64,000 nt of DNA from positions 59,130 to 123,129 of the forward strand of contig CAVPDP010000018.1 in assembly GCA_963702665.1 (NCBI GenBank), in the 5' to 3' direction. Below are positions 17,855 to 29,539 of the stretch, in pieces. Made by a program: the position numbers and the translations under genes. Position 1 is the stretch's first letter. Each line of letters begins with the position of its first letter. The stretch comes from an uncultured Chloroflexia bacterium. Its GTDB lineage: Bacteria; Chloroflexota; Ktedonobacteria; Ktedonobacterales; JADMIN01. Under the pieces are notes generated by a model. That model was not told where the DNA came from. It searched no databases and worked only from the letters and a program-made list of their open reading frames with translations.

Positions 17855-18879
17855 ATGGGGGCGATGGGACCGATACAGCTACGCGCGAGCCTGCACGAGA
17901 CGATCTGGGGCGGCGAAAATCTGCGCGCCATCGCGGGCAAGGATATCCCCCATGGGCAGCGTATCGGTGAATCGTGGGAGACCGCGCTCGAGGCCGTCGC
18001 GACCAATCCCCCCTATGCTGGCCAGACGCTCGGCGCGCTCACCGACCGCTACGGCGTCGACCTGATCGGCTCCCGCGCCCAGGCCGTGTTTGGCAGGCGC
18101 TTTCCCCTGCTCACCAAGTTCCTCGACGCCCAGGCGCAGCTCTCGGTGCAGGTACACCCGAACGATGAATACGCCGCCGCGCATGAGGGTGGCAAGCTTG
18201 GCAAGACCGAGGTGTGGTATATCCTCCACGCTGAGCCGGGCGCGCAGGTGGTCTACGGGCTGCGCCACGCGGCGACGCCAGATGAGGTGCGCCGGGCGAT
18301 TGCCGCCAACACGCTGGAAGATCTGTTACACACGGTCGAGGTGCGGCCCGGCGATGTGGTCTTCGTCCCCGCAGGCACGGTACACGCCATCGGCGCCGGG
18401 GTCGCGCTCTACGAACTCCAGGAGTACTCCGATATCACCTATCGGCTCTATGACTATGGTCGCCTCCAGGCGGATGGTCGCCCACGCGACCTCCACGTGG
18501 AGCAGGGGCTGGCCGTCATGCGCTACACCCCGCAGACATTGGAGCGGGTCACGCCGCTGGCGCTGGGGACGCGGCGGGTGCTGGTCGGCTGCCGCTATTT
18601 CATGCTGGAAGAACTGACGCTGGCGGGCAATTGGCGGGCGCTGTGCGTCCAAACACGTGCCAGATCGTGACGGCGCTGGCGGGGCGCTGCGAGATCGTGT
18701 CGGCTGCGGGGAGCGTGACACTGGCGCTTGGCGAGACGGCGGTGCTGCCCGCGACGATGGGCGCGCATACACTGGTCGGCGGCGACGAGACGCGGGTGCT
18801 GCGCGCGTGGGTACCAGAGCCAGACGACGCCGATCTGGCCGCGTGGCGTGCGGCTCAGTCGTTCCCCCTCGAAGACTGA
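17855..18879 (+). CDS. manA: Mannose-6-phosphate isomerase class I; frameshift near 18630
   Basis: IWGG, IGESW, FPLLTKFLDA, LSVQVHP, GKTEVW, GTVHAIG, ITYRLYDY. Confidence 0.9.
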
Positions 18880-18924
18880 TACGGCTGGCGGTTGATGGTG
18901 TTGAAGTACGACGGCACGCGCTGC

Positions 18925-19055
18925 GGGCTGGCGGCTGAAGCCGCGCCTAAGAGCCTCACTCCCCGCTACGAAGCCCGCCTGCGCGGGCTGGCAGAGGCTT
19001 GCGCGCCAGCGTAAGGCCTGAGGCGCATGGCTGCAGCCTGCGCAGGCAGGTTCTG
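18925..19055. repeat. Family B palindromic repeat
   Basis: GGCGGCTGAAGCCGCGCCTAA...GCCCGCCTGCGCGGGCTG...GCAGCCTGCGCAGGCAGG. Confidence 0.75.
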
Positions 19056-19087
19056 CGCCCCTGTCCCTGTCCCTAATGCTAACAACC

Positions 19088-19701
19088 TCAGTCGCCAGCC
19101 GTCTGATCCCGCGCCGCAACCCGCTGGTAGTCTTCGGGCGCGTCGACATCGAGCGCCTCATCTGGCTGCGCCATCTCCACCAGACGCACCGCCTCGGCGC
19201 CCGCAGCAGCAGCGAGCGCCCGCCCTCATCGCCGCGAATCATCCGCAGGTCCGCGAAGAGCGCACGCGGCCAGTAGACCGGTGGGGCGGGCCGACCCTGT
19301 TGATTCGTCGCCACGATCTGTTCCGGTGTCTCGCGCGCCGTGGCGAGGATCGTCTCCAGCGTCGCCAGCGAGGTAAACGGCATATCGGCGAGCAAAATCA
19401 GCGCGCCATCGATGTCATCGGGCAGCGCATCCAGGCCCGCCTGGAGCGAGGTCGAGAGGCCATCAGCGTAGCGGGGATTATCCACCCGCTGATAGCGGCC
19501 AGCGGGCAGCGCGGCGGCGACCACATCGGCCTCGTTCCCCAGCACCACCAGCACGCTAGCGGCGCTACTGGCGCAGGCGGCGCTCACCACCCGCCAGACC
19601 AACGGGCGCCCGGCCAGCGGCAGCAGCATCTTGTTCGCGCCCATCCGCGACGATTTCCCCGCCGCCAGCACAATCGCGGCGATGGTTGGTAGAGCGCGCA
19701 T
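19088..19701 (-). CDS. MocA/YgfJ-like nucleotidyltransferase; frameshift near 19195
   Basis: IVLAAGKSSRMGANKMLL, GLSTSL, LADMP, GDEGGR; other frame gives LDVDAPEDY...* at 19088. Confidence 0.85.
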
Positions 19702-19785
19702 GTGGCCCTCCTGAATATCCTATCTCGCCCCGGCCGTTCGCTCCAATACGAAATCCGCCTCGATTATTGTCGTTTGGCGAACCCA

Positions 19786-19845
19786 CCGTAGCCTGAAGGC
19801 CACGGCGAATAGGCGGGGAAATTCGCCGCAGCATTCATGCTACGG
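19786..19845. repeat. Family C REP-like doublet
   Basis: CCGTAGCCTGAAGGCCACGG...CCGCAGCATTCATGCTACGG. Confidence 0.7.
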
Positions 19846-19998
19846 AGCTTTAGCCGGCAGGCGGGGATAGCGGCGTTCAGCAGCGGACTGCGAAGGACTT
19901 CAAGCGCAAAGCTCACTCATGCTGCGGAGCATCGTTCAACCGCATCATCTCGCCCCATCACGTCGCTCCAAGCGTAGCACACCCATCGCCGTGCTATC

Positions 19999-21051
19999 GT
20001 GTCTCTAGCACCCACGCGTGACCGTACAGCGAGGATGAAACGCCCGATGGCCGATGAGATCGCACAGACGAGCCGCTATCGCGCCGCCGCCGCGCTGCTC
20101 GACGACCCCTCCGCGCTGGCGCGGTTGGCTCGCGCCGCCGCCACAGTGACCGCCAGCGAAGAACCATGCGTGGCGCCGCTGGCTGGCGCCCGACGTTTGC
20201 GCTCCGCGCGGCGAGTGGGCCTCTTCGCCGGGTCGTTCAACCCGTTGACACGGGCGCATGTGACGCTGGTCAACGCCGCCCTCCGCGCGGCTGATCTGGA
20301 TGTGGTCATCTGGGCGTGCGCGGTGGCCTCGGTGGATAAAGAGCGCGTCGAGCGGGCGGCGCTGGTGGATCGGCTGGCGCAGATGCGCGCGTTCGTCACC
20401 GGCAGGCGGCGCGATGCCCTGGCGTTGCTGAATCGTGGCCTCTATGTCGATGAGGCGCGGGCGATACGCGCGCTGCTCATGCCCTCAGCCGACCTGCTGA
20501 TGCTCGTGGGCTTTGACAAAATCGTGCAGATCTTCGACCACAGATACTATACCGACCGCGACGCCGCCCTGCGCGAATTGTTCTCGCTGGCGAGCCTGCT
20601 GGTGGCTCCGCGCGCGGATGATGGAGCGGAGGCGCTGGCGGCGCTCCTGGCCCGGCCAGAGAATCGCCCCTTCGCCACACAGGTGCGCTATCTGGATGTG
20701 CCGCCGACCTATACGCGCGATTCTTCGACCGAGGCGCGCCTGCTCGCCGCGCGCATCCCTCCCGACGAGGCGGCGCTGGCCAGACTGCTGCCGCCAGCGG
20801 GCGCCGCGCTAGCCCGCCAGACGGGCGCCTATCAGCCAACAGGCGCGGCGGCGGACGATCCCTATCACCTGCGCGCGCGCTGGCTCGATGCGTTGGCGAC
20901 GATGCCACCAGCGATCACGCGGAGGTTGCCGCCGCTCTCGTCGCTGGTCAGGCAGACGCTGGCCGACGACGCCAGGGGAGATGCGTTGCGCGGCTGGCTG
21001 GCTGATGCGCGCGGCGATATGCGTGCGTTGGCTGAGCTTGTGGAGCGCTAG
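19999..21051 (+). CDS. Nicotinate/nicotinamide-nucleotide adenylyltransferase-like protein
   Basis: GSFNPLTRAH (TxxH), VGFDKIVQIFD, SSTEAR; start may be ATG20047. Confidence 0.8.
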   Translation: MSLAPTRDRTARMKRPMADEIAQTSRYRAAAALLDDPSALARLARAAATVTASEEPCVAPLAGARRLRSARRVGLFAGSFNPLTRAHVTLVNAALRAADLDVVIWACAVASVDKERVERAALVDRLAQMRAFVTGRRRDALALLNRGLYVDEARAIRALLMPSADLLMLVGFDKIVQIFDHRYYTDRDAALRELFSLASLLVAPRADDGAEALAALLARPENRPFATQVRYLDVPPTYTRDSSTEARLLAARIPPDEAALARLLPPAGAALARQTGAYQPTGAAADDPYHLRARWLDALATMPPAITRRLPPLSSLVRQTLADDARGDALRGWLADARGDMRALAELVER

Positions 21052-21197
21052 TGGTCAGGCTGATCCTGTGGCTGCTTGGGGTCGCCAAGCTGATCCCAGC
21101 GACTGCGCATCTGGAGCAGCACGACCAGAAATATCGTCGAGAAGAGCGCAATCGAGCCGAAGGCGAGCGCCAGAATGATGCCAGCGTTGGTGGACAT
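21048..21197 (-). CDS. Small single-TM protein (49 aa)
   Basis: SD CAGGAG; MSTNAGIILALAFGSIALFSTIFLVVLL. Confidence 0.65.
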   Translation of the reverse strand: MSTNAGIILALAFGSIALFSTIFLVVLLQMRSRWDQLGDPKQPQDQPDH

Positions 21198-21283
21198 GGG
21201 GTCGGTCTCCTGTGGGCTTCGCCTGGGTGAGGGCGCTGTCCGCAGCGGCCATCCATACGACAACCACCGCAACGGACCTGGTA

Positions 21284-22258
21284 TTAAAACAGCCCTCTAT
21301 GGGGAAAGTTTAACACACCGGGCCGCAGACAGTAGCGATTGATGAAGGCGAACATGCGCTCGCGTTCGGGCGCGCGCAGGAGCGCGGGACCAATGCAACG
21401 CACCGAGGACCCCACGCGAAACCGAATCAGCGCCCAGTGGGGCGAGTGATCGACCACCCTGACCTGATGCCATAGCACTTCATAGGGGCTGCGCCGCCAG
21501 GGCCTGATGATCGTCAACCCCTCTTGCGTGACGATGACCTCTTGCAGCAGCCAGACCGCGAGCGCAATGCCGAGCAGCGCCACCAGCGCCCCAATGACGC
21601 AGAGCGCCAGCCCAACAGGCTCAGGAAGCGTGACCAGCGCAAGCGCCGCGCCGATGATGGCCGCCAGTGAGAGCGAGAAACCGCTGATCGGCCAGCGATT
21701 GCTCGGACGGGCGCGCAGTATCCCCAGGTCGGACCCTGGAATCGGCAACGTGTCGAGCGCTTCGGTGCGGAGCGCGCCATCGAGCGCCTGCGGACGCAGA
21801 TGGGTGAGAATGACATGGCGCAGCTTGCCGCCATCCATCAGCAGACGCGGCGCAAACGCGATGGAATCGCCATGGGTGGTGTAGATGCGGATGAAGAGAC
21901 CGTGTCGCTCGGCGCGCGAAATCTCGTGCCACATCGCTTCATGCCACCGTTGAAACGGCCTGCCCACTGAGATGCCCATGGGCGAGAGCCGCACGCTGCG
22001 CATGAAGAGCCAGGCGACCGTCAACAGCGGGATGAAGAGCAGAATGAGCAGAGGCACCCAGATGGGCGGCTGCTGATTCTCGTTGAGCAGCAATGCCGAT
22101 GCGACCCCTGCCGCGACGATGGGCAGGAGGATCGCGACGACCGCCAGATAGGGCGCTGGACGGAAGATGGGCATGGATCTCAGGGGAGACGTCAACGGAA
22201 TCGTCCGCGCGCGCGCCTCAAGTGGCCGGGTCCATCGTGGTCTATCCCTCGGATCCAT
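21284..22258 (-). CDS. Membrane protein with two (2TM + PH-like) modules
   Basis: Two repeats of a TM pair followed by VRLSPMGI...WHEI and VIVTQEGL...WHQV. Confidence 0.65.
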   Translation of the reverse strand: MDPRDRPRWTRPLEARARTIPLTSPLRSMPIFRPAPYLAVVAILLPIVAAGVASALLLNENQQPPIWVPLLILLFIPLLTVAWLFMRSVRLSPMGISVGRPFQRWHEAMWHEISRAERHGLFIRIYTTHGDSIAFAPRLLMDGGKLRHVILTHLRPQALDGALRTEALDTLPIPGSDLGILRARPSNRWPISGFSLSLAAIIGAALALVTLPEPVGLALCVIGALVALLGIALAVWLLQEVIVTQEGLTIIRPWRRSPYEVLWHQVRVVDHSPHWALIRFRVGSSVRCIGPALLRAPERERMFAFINRYCLRPGVLNFPHRGLF

Positions 22259-22470
22259 GTTTCGCACCCTATCCCCATTGATATAGCCGGTGAAAGCCTC
22301 TGAAAGCGTCTATGCCGTGGGCGGCATTATAGCGCCTGCCATCTTGCGACGCAACGTTGATGGGACTTTCCAACCGGGGCTACGCCTGTCCCATTTGTCG
22401 CGAACTCTGCGATAATGGCAGGGCAAAATGAGTTCACCTACAAGGCGGTTCCCTGCGAAAGAAGGCGCAT

Positions 22471-24890
22471 GTGCGGCAGAGTGATGTCGAAGAGCAGGGG
22501 CGGCGTCTGGCCATTGGCGAGCGTGTTGGCGCCGTGCTGGGCCGCTGGCCGCAGCTCAGGCTGGCTGGCTATCTCCTGGCCACCATCGTGGTTCTGCTGC
22601 TGATCCAGAATACGCTGCTGGCCCTGACCGCCGAGCCGCTGCGGCTGGCCATCACGCCGACACAGGGCACGCTCTCGCTCGATGGGCAGACACTCGCGTT
22701 CCCGCTGCAACAGACGCCGACCGCCGTGCTGTTCACCGCGCCCGATCCGCTCACACGCGAGTTTCAGATCGACGGTACCGACAGCACGAACAACTTTTCG
22801 CTCGACCCCGCCTATATCGCTCGCATCGCAGGCACGCCCTACTACCGCTTTCAGGCATGGATGCGTGATAGCTCCAGCTATAGCTCGTGGCGCGATATCC
22901 ACACCGCCGGAGCGCCGGTCGCCGCGCAGCCCGATGGCTCGGCGCTGGTCACGCTGACGGGCGCCTCTACGGCCACGCTCAGTGTGTCGCTGCTACGGCC
23001 AGAGACGCCCGCGCACATCTATCTGCAATGCGGCGGCGCTCTCTGTGGCGAGATCGTCATCGACCGCAACGACCGTTATGCGCTGGCGCACGATCTGGCG
23101 GCCGATGGCACGACCGCCAACGAGCGAAAAATCTACTTCCCCGAAAGCCCGCTGCCATTTCTCGCCGAGGTATTTTACCTGCTGGCCCAGGTCGTCTTGT
23201 GGTCGCTCGTGCTGCTCGTGCTGGCGCTGGCGCTCTACGGCGCCTTCAGCCTGTTCGCTCCCGCGATGGAGCGGCCTTATGCTGGAGGGTGCGACGCGGG
23301 TGCGTGGCGTGGCCAGAGCGAGGCGTGATGCTGGCGCGGCGGCTGCCGACGTGGGCGCGGGCGCCGCTCCGGCGGGTCGTGCGCGACCGCTGGGATGCGC
23401 TGGCGCTGGTGACGGTGGCTGGCTCATTGGGCTATGTGCTCTGGGTCGCCCTGGCGGAATACCAGGGGCAGCCCCATATTCTCGACGCCAGCGCCTATCT
23501 CTTCCAGGCGAAAATCTTTGCCTCCGGCCAGCTCTCGGCCCCCGTTCCCGCCAACCTCGCGGCATTCCAGGGGCCATTCATGGTCGCCAGCGATGGGCGC
23601 TGGTTTGCCCAGTATCCCCCGATGACACCGTTGCTGCTGGCGGTTGGCGTCGTGCTGCACGCGCCGTGGCTGGTCGAGCCGCTGCTGGGGACGCTCGCGC
23701 TCTGGGGCATCTTTCGCCTCGGCAGGTATTTCTATAGCGGTGGCGTGGCCTGGCTCGCGGTATTGTTGGGGGCGCTCTCGCCGTTCTACACCTATCTGGC
23801 CGCGTCGTACATGAGCCATACGATGGCGCTGTTCTTCGCCGTCTATTTTCTGTTGATGCTCGTGCGCTACACCCACGGCTGGCGCTGGTATGATCTCGCC
23901 CTGGCCGCCTTCTTCGCCGTCGGTCTGCTGCTGACGCGCGAGTTCAGCGCCGCGCTGATTGGCGTCGTGGCGACGGCGTATCTGCTCGGCGGCCAGTGGC
24001 GCACGTTGCGGCGCTACGCGGCGACGCTCTGGCCCGCCTTCTTTCTTGCCTTTAGCATCCTCATGGGCGGACTCGCGCTCTATCTGCTGTATAACCTGTT
24101 GCAGACGGGCAGCCCGACCGTCTCACCGCGGATGGTCTTCTTTCCGGGCGACCGCTATGGCTTTGGCCAGGGCATTGGCTTCTACGGACAGCACACGTTC
24201 GCCGCTGGCCTGTTGATCCTCGATCAGCTCCTCTCGATCCTGCTCATCGATCTCTATGGCTGGCCATTCTACCTGACACTCGCGCTCTTGCCGCTCACCT
24301 TCCTCCGGCGCGACGCGGGCACGCGCTGGGACATCTTCTGTCTGCTGCTGCTGGCGCTGCTCTGTGGCGCTCAGGTGGGTTACTTCTATCACGGCATCTA
24401 TCTCGGCCCGCGCTATCTCTTCGAGACGCTGCCGTTTCTGTTGCTGCTGACGGCGCGCGGTGTGACGGGGCTGGCGACGACACTCGCCCGCGTGGGGCGG
24501 GCGTTCGGCGCGGCGCGGCCAACAAGACCGCTAGCGATGGGGGTAGCTGGCCTGCTGCTGCTGACGCTGGTGGCGTGTAATTTGTTCTACTACTCGCCGC
24601 GTCAGGCGCAGATTTATCAGGGATATACGGGCCTGCCCGCCTCGATGAAGGTGGACGCGCAGGCGCTCTACGCGTTCCATCCGCGACAGGCTATCGTCCT
24701 GACGGACAACTGGTTTATCTACAACTACATCCTCTGGCCGCTGAATGATCCAGGGTTGCGCGGCGAGACGCTCTATGCCTATCTCGCGTCGCCCGAGACG
24801 CTCCAGCAACTGCATGCCGCCTACCCGGATCGCACATTCTATCTGGCGCATGTCGCGCCCAATGGCACGGTGACATATGCGCGGGTGTGA
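22471..24890 (+). CDS. GT-C fold (ArnT/PMT-like) glycosyltransferase; frameshift near 23280-23330
   Basis: ILDASAYLFQA, QYPPMTP, multiple TM helices, GPRYLFE. Confidence 0.8.
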
Positions 24891-24904
24891 TCGTGATAGT
24901 ACCC

Positions 24905-24946
24905 ATTTGACGGGATTTGACGGCATTTGTCCGTATATGGCATACT
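24905..24946 (+). promoter_or_regulatory. Promoter TTGACG-N18-CATACT overlapped by three 10-bp-period direct repeats
   Basis: ATTTGACGG-G-ATTTGACGG-C-ATTTGTCCG. Confidence 0.55.
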
Positions 24947-25003
24947 AGGCGACAATCCCCATTCGTACCCACAGCCATATGAAGAAGTGGAGCGACGGCG
25001 CCT

Positions 25004-25387
25004 ATGTCGACAACGCCAGCGGATCCCGATGCCCCCGATACCCCCGATGATGGCGAACCACGCGCCGCGCCGCGCGCCGCCGTGCCCGCCAGCAGGTTCA
25101 TCCTGCTCGCGTTGAATGCCGCGCTGCTGGTGATCTTCCTGATCGTCCTCCGCGCGCCGCCTGTCGAGAACGTGTCGCCGTTGGCCGCGCCACAACCAAC
25201 GTGGACGGCTGGGCCGGTGCTCACCACGGCGCCAGACAGCGCAGTCACGCCGCTCGCCACCGCCAGCAGCAGCTCCGGCGGCAATCACAACCCAACCGCC
25301 GCGCCGCCAACCGCGACTACTGCCGCGACCGCGCCACCAGCCCCAACGGCGACGTCGATTCCCACCATTCCAGTCGCTGGCGGGTGA
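25004..25387 (+). CDS. Membrane-anchored Pro/Thr/Ala-rich hypothetical protein
   Basis: One TM helix and a PT-rich tail. Confidence 0.6.
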   Translation: MSTTPADPDAPDTPDDGEPRAAPRAAVPASRFILLALNAALLVIFLIVLRAPPVENVSPLAAPQPTWTAGPVLTTAPDSAVTPLATASSSSGGNHNPTAAPPTATTAATAPPAPTATSIPTIPVAGG

Positions 25388-25814
25388 TGCTCCATTGGCC
25401 GACGCCAGCGCCGGTCATGAGCTCTTTTTTGCTCGCCCCTGGCTTGCGAATCAGCGTATAAAATACCGCGATGATGATTGCGCCCAGCAGCGCGGCGATG
25501 ATGCGCACGCCCTCCAGTTGGAAGTCGAACGGGAAACGGACGAACGCGGCGAAGAGATACGACCCGATGAGGGTGATGAGGACGGCGGTGAAGAGGCCGC
25601 CCGCCTTGCTGGAGGTCAGGCGCTCGGTCACGGCATTTGCGGCAAACGCGATCAGGATGATGATGATGAGGCCGATGAGGTTGAGGCTGAGTGGTGGGTT
25701 GAGCAGGCCGAGAATCTGCAGGCTGAAGTTCGTTTGATGAAACACGAGATCGAAGAAACTGCCCTTGGGAATGGGAAAATTGTAGCTTGGAATACCAGCC
25801 GCCATAAGGATCAT
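25317..25814 (-). CDS. GlsB/YeaQ (transglycosylase-associated)-like membrane protein
   Basis: GGLFTAVLITLIGS...IIAALLGAIII; the true stop is probably near the A7 run at ~25425. Confidence 0.55.
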   Translation of the reverse strand: MILMAAGIPSYNFPIPKGSFFDLVFHQTNFSLQILGLLNPPLSLNLIGLIIIILIAFAANAVTERLTSSKAGGLFTAVLITLIGSYLFAAFVRFPFDFQLEGVRIIAALLGAIIIAVFYTLIRKPGASKKELMTGAGVGQWSITRQRLEWWESTSPLGLVARSRQ

Positions 25815-26042
25815 TGCGTACTCCTTCGCGGGCTTTCCCCCGCACGAGGCGAAGCGCACAGGCTCGCCAACACGCTCGTCATCTGGCGACCCTGCCGACG
25901 ATGCGCGCGTGAACAATCCTTGCGCTCGGCTGCCATTCTACTGGAAGCGGCCACTGCGCACAACAAGCATGCGCAGGAACGCAAAATGCGCGCCGAAAAC
26001 AAAGCAAGCCGTTCGGGAGGGGATATTTGCGCGTGAGCCGTG

Positions 26043-26828
26043 TCACGCGCTCAGCGGTATTTCGCTCTCGGCGTAGACCTTGCCATCGTTGCCGTAGACA
26101 TAGACTTTGCCATCGGCTCCCGGCAGCAGCCACAATGGTTCCATGGGACCGCCGCCCGCATTCCAGACCGCCTGCCCTGTCTCAAGCATAGTGGCGTCGA
26201 TATCCAGGTACACGAGATAGGGTTTGGCGGCGGATTTCAGCGCCTCGTGACGCTGTAGCTGGAGGGCGGCTATGGCGGCGCTGGATGTCTGGCGCACGAT
26301 GGGATAGCGCTCGTCGTGGCTGGTAATGGCCGCGAAATGCAATGCCGTATGGGCAGCATTTACCTCGAACATGCCGACATCGGTGATGTGGCCGTAGGTA
26401 TCCATGATCGCCAGCACGTAGTAGTCGGGGAGAATTTTCCCGACTGACCCCAGCCCGCGCACCATGAAGGGCGCGCCCAGATGTGAAAGATCCTGCACAT
26501 GGTCGCCGCCATCGTTGAGATCCACGTGAAATATCCACGTCTGCTTGATGGCTGCGAGTATCGAACCGGGCGTATCTGCGTTGTAGGGCTTCCAGCCCGG
26601 ATCAGGCGTCGGGCAGGCGGGCTTTCCCGGCGCATCGCAGGTTGCCGTCGTTACGCCGTAGCTGGATGGCGTCGGCGTTGGCTGCGTCAAAGCAATATGG
26701 CCGTTATGCGCAGCCGCCTGATAGCGCGCCAATGCGATACCCGCGACGCCGACGACGATCACGCCGACGCAGAGCGCGAGTATGCCCGCGCCCACCAGGA
26801 TTCGCTTCGGCTGGATTTTCACGCTCAT
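26043..26828 (-). CDS. Secreted/anchored hypothetical protein
   Basis: N-terminal TM, PTPTP linker, CDAPGKPAC. Confidence 0.65.
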   Translation of the reverse strand: MSVKIQPKRILVGAGILALCVGVIVVGVAGIALARYQAAAHNGHIALTQPTPTPSSYGVTTATCDAPGKPACPTPDPGWKPYNADTPGSILAAIKQTWIFHVDLNDGGDHVQDLSHLGAPFMVRGLGSVGKILPDYYVLAIMDTYGHITDVGMFEVNAAHTALHFAAITSHDERYPIVRQTSSAAIAALQLQRHEALKSAAKPYLVYLDIDATMLETGQAVWNAGGGPMEPLWLLPGADGKVYVYGNDGKVYAESEIPLSA

Positions 26829-26969
26829 ATATGGCCTGCCCTTTGCGCTGTCCACTCGCCATGTTTTCATGGCCTCTCTCCAAAGACGAGAATGCGAGGT
26901 GGTAGCGTTTTTGAAGAAGGACAGCGTATATCTGACGTTATTGGATGAGCGCCACGTTCAGGGAATGGC

Positions 26970-27430
26970 ATAAGCGCGCACCCCGTCGCGGCCATCGTAA
27001 CGGTAGGGATTCGTCCAGGTGACGCCACTCCCGAAGTTCTCACTGAACGAGGTGAGTTGGCCAAAGGCGTCGTAGCTGTAGCTGGCATCGACCAGCGCCA
27101 CCACATCGCCATGGCCATTGTAGACGTAATAGTAGCGCGGCGAGGCGTTGGGATCGCTGCCCACCTGGACGCTCACCGGCACGCCCATGCTGTCATACGT
27201 GAAGGTGGCGAGCACGGTCGCCATTCTGATCGGTCTTGATCTCCTCCAGCCCACTGGCCACATACGTCGTCGTGGTGGTGATCGAGCCGTTGACCGTCAC
27301 TGATTGGGCGTCCCGTTGGCCCTCGCCATCGTAGAGGAAGCTGTCGGTCGTCGCGGGGCTACTCGGCGCGTTCCGCCAGCTGGCCAATTGTCTCTCGCTG
27401 TCGTAACCCAAGACCGCGCCGGTGGGCGGT
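26970..27430 (-). pseudogene. RHS/YD-repeat core fragment
   Basis: YDSERQL, YDGEGQR, YYYVYNGHGDVVALVD, YDAFGQ, NPYRYDGRDGVR; truncated before the RHS core motif. Confidence 0.85.
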
Positions 27431-27492
27431 GGGCGTCCCGGTGCAGGCGGTGGAGCTCGGCGGCCCGCAGCACGTCCTGCCATACGAGCGCG

Positions 27493-27880
27493 TCATGGGG
27501 CCGTCGGCCGACCACTCCCGCCGTCTGGCCTGAGCTGCTCTCTGGCTTGCCGCTCGCGGTTCCAGAGTTCCTCGGCATGTGCTCGCACAAACACGGATAA
27601 GCCCACCGCCACGGGTGCTGCGAGGACAAAGGTAGCTTGCAGCGCTGGGTACGGGGCGAGGAAGACAGCGCCTAAGCAGATGAAGGCGCCAGCAGCCAAC
27701 TCCAGCCGCAGCAGAATCCCACCCGAGGGCACGCCGCCCTAGAGGGGACAGGGCCCGCGCCCACCGTCGCACGGCGCGCCAGGCGGACACGACGGCGATC
27801 ACCACGCCGAACGCGAGGCCAATCCCCCCGATGATCCCGACCGTGACCTGTTGCCATCCGCTCAACTGCCACACGCTCAT
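27493..27880 (-). CDS. Small membrane protein (frameshifted)
   Basis: SD GGAGTAG; hydrophobic segments continue across two frames. Confidence 0.5.
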
Positions 27881-27884
27881 GGAG

Positions 27885-28172
27885 CTACTCCTTCCCCAGG
27901 TACGTGGGGGCGTGTGTTGCCGCAGCCTGGGTACGGACGACGAGCGCGACGACTCCCACCGCGAGGCAGACGGCGAAGGTCGTCTGGCCCACCAGGTTCA
28001 CCAGCAGCGCAGGCAGCAGCGGCACGAGCAGACTCAGGGTATCCAGCGTCTCAGGGGAGCCGCCGCCCATCGTTGCAGGAGCAAGCGGCAACCGTGACAG
28101 GAGAAAGAAGCCACCGAGGGCAAGGAGGGCGACGAGGGCCAGCACACGCAGCATCCGTAGCGTACGCTTCAT
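27885..28172 (-). CDS. Small multi-TM hypothetical protein
   Basis: SD GGAG; three hydrophobic segments. Confidence 0.55.
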   Translation of the reverse strand: MKRTLRMLRVLALVALLALGGFFLLSRLPLAPATMGGGSPETLDTLSLLVPLLPALLVNLVGQTTFAVCLAVGVVALVVRTQAAATHAPTYLGKE

Positions 28173-28290
28173 GAAGATGTTGCTCCGATTCTATCCGTGT
28201 CGTAGTGGTTCATGCTCACGGTTGCTGGCCGCCGCCGCGCAGGCAGATTATCATGCGGACTAATCATAGTGGCCCGAGCCAGGCTCACCC

Positions 28291-29539
28291 TCATTGGCCA
28301 GGGTCCTCCCCTGCCGACGGAGTGTTTGGAGTTGCGGTAGCCTGCTCATCCGCCTCCTTCTCCTGGGCTTGCCTGGCGACCCACCGATAGTAGGCTGCGG
28401 TCAAAGTGGTAAAACCCGCATGGTCGTAGTCCTCCATTGCCTGACGCTGCTCAGCTTCTTCCAGACCGAATTGCCCTTCCAGCGACCGCTCGATTGCCTG
28501 CGCCAGTGCTGGCACGTCGGCGAAGGTATATGTCCACTCGGACTGCCGACTGAACTGCGCCTCGAGGGCGCCGAAACAGGCATGGACACGCCAGATGTTC
28601 CCGCATAGTGCACCTGGATGGCTCTCAGAGACGCCGACCACGCGTTGGAACTGGCCATCGTCGGTCCACTTCCACGTCGTCACTTGATAGTAGACGCCTG
28701 GATGTGTGGGTACCCCCACCAGCGCGCCAAACGCGCCCAGTTGGCCAAGCGCGTAGATCAGTTGGTGCTCTACTTCGGTCCACTCGCTCACCTCCTGATG
28801 GAACCATTCCCATGCCTCTTGCCCGGTGTAGCGTTTCCCAGTGCTCTCGACCACGAACACCTGCTCAGGGCCCTGTGGCTCGGGTACCGCCACTTCCTCG
28901 GCGCGAACGGTGGCGACCAGACCCGCGCGGATAAACGGCACGACCCGTGGATCGCCCCACTCCGCCAGCAGGCGCAGCAACCACTGGCGCCAGAGTTGGA
29001 ACATATACCCCCATTTGGGTTGGTGGGGGCCAACGAACTCGACCAGCATCCGCTCGATGGCGGGCAGCGCACGCTCATCATGCAGCGCCGCCAGCCCGAA
29101 GGCGGCCAGCCAGCGCTCCTGGGCGCGCGGACTCGCCAGATACGGCAGCAGCAGCGATGGCGCCTCGGAGGGACGCAGCACACCCAGGGCAGCCAGGGCA
29201 AAGAGGGTATCTTCCTCGTCGAGTGTCTCCGTTTCGCGCACTCCTGGCGCTTCCGTACGAATGCCCACATCTTTGATGTGCTCATGTGCTGTAGTAGGTG
29301 GTGGCGCAAACTGTCGGGCGACCAGTGACTACGCTGCTGGTAGAGAGTGCCCCATAGCGCTGGGCGAACTCAGCCAGATAGCGCATCGCGTGCGCCTCCT
29401 GATCCTCATAGGCGAGATCGTATCCGAGCAGCGTGAGCGCGCGTTCGAGTTGGCGTGTCGTCGGCGTGTCATTGACACCAGCGCCAGTGCCAACGCTTCG
29501 CTCCTGGGTACTGTCTGCCCTGTCTGCCCTGTCCGCCAT
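28291..29539 (-). CDS. HEAT-repeat-like protein, candidate immunity protein; interrupted near 29230-29325
   Basis: SD GGGAGGGG; FALAALG...LLPYLASPRAQERWLAAFGLAALHDERALPAI helical repeats; lies directly downstream of the toxin C-terminus. Confidence 0.6.

Noticed and set aside
19860..19960. 6S-like or other ncRNA between the MocA-like and NadD-like genes
   Set aside because: Only short GC-rich end pairing; no convincing long stem or recognisable motif.
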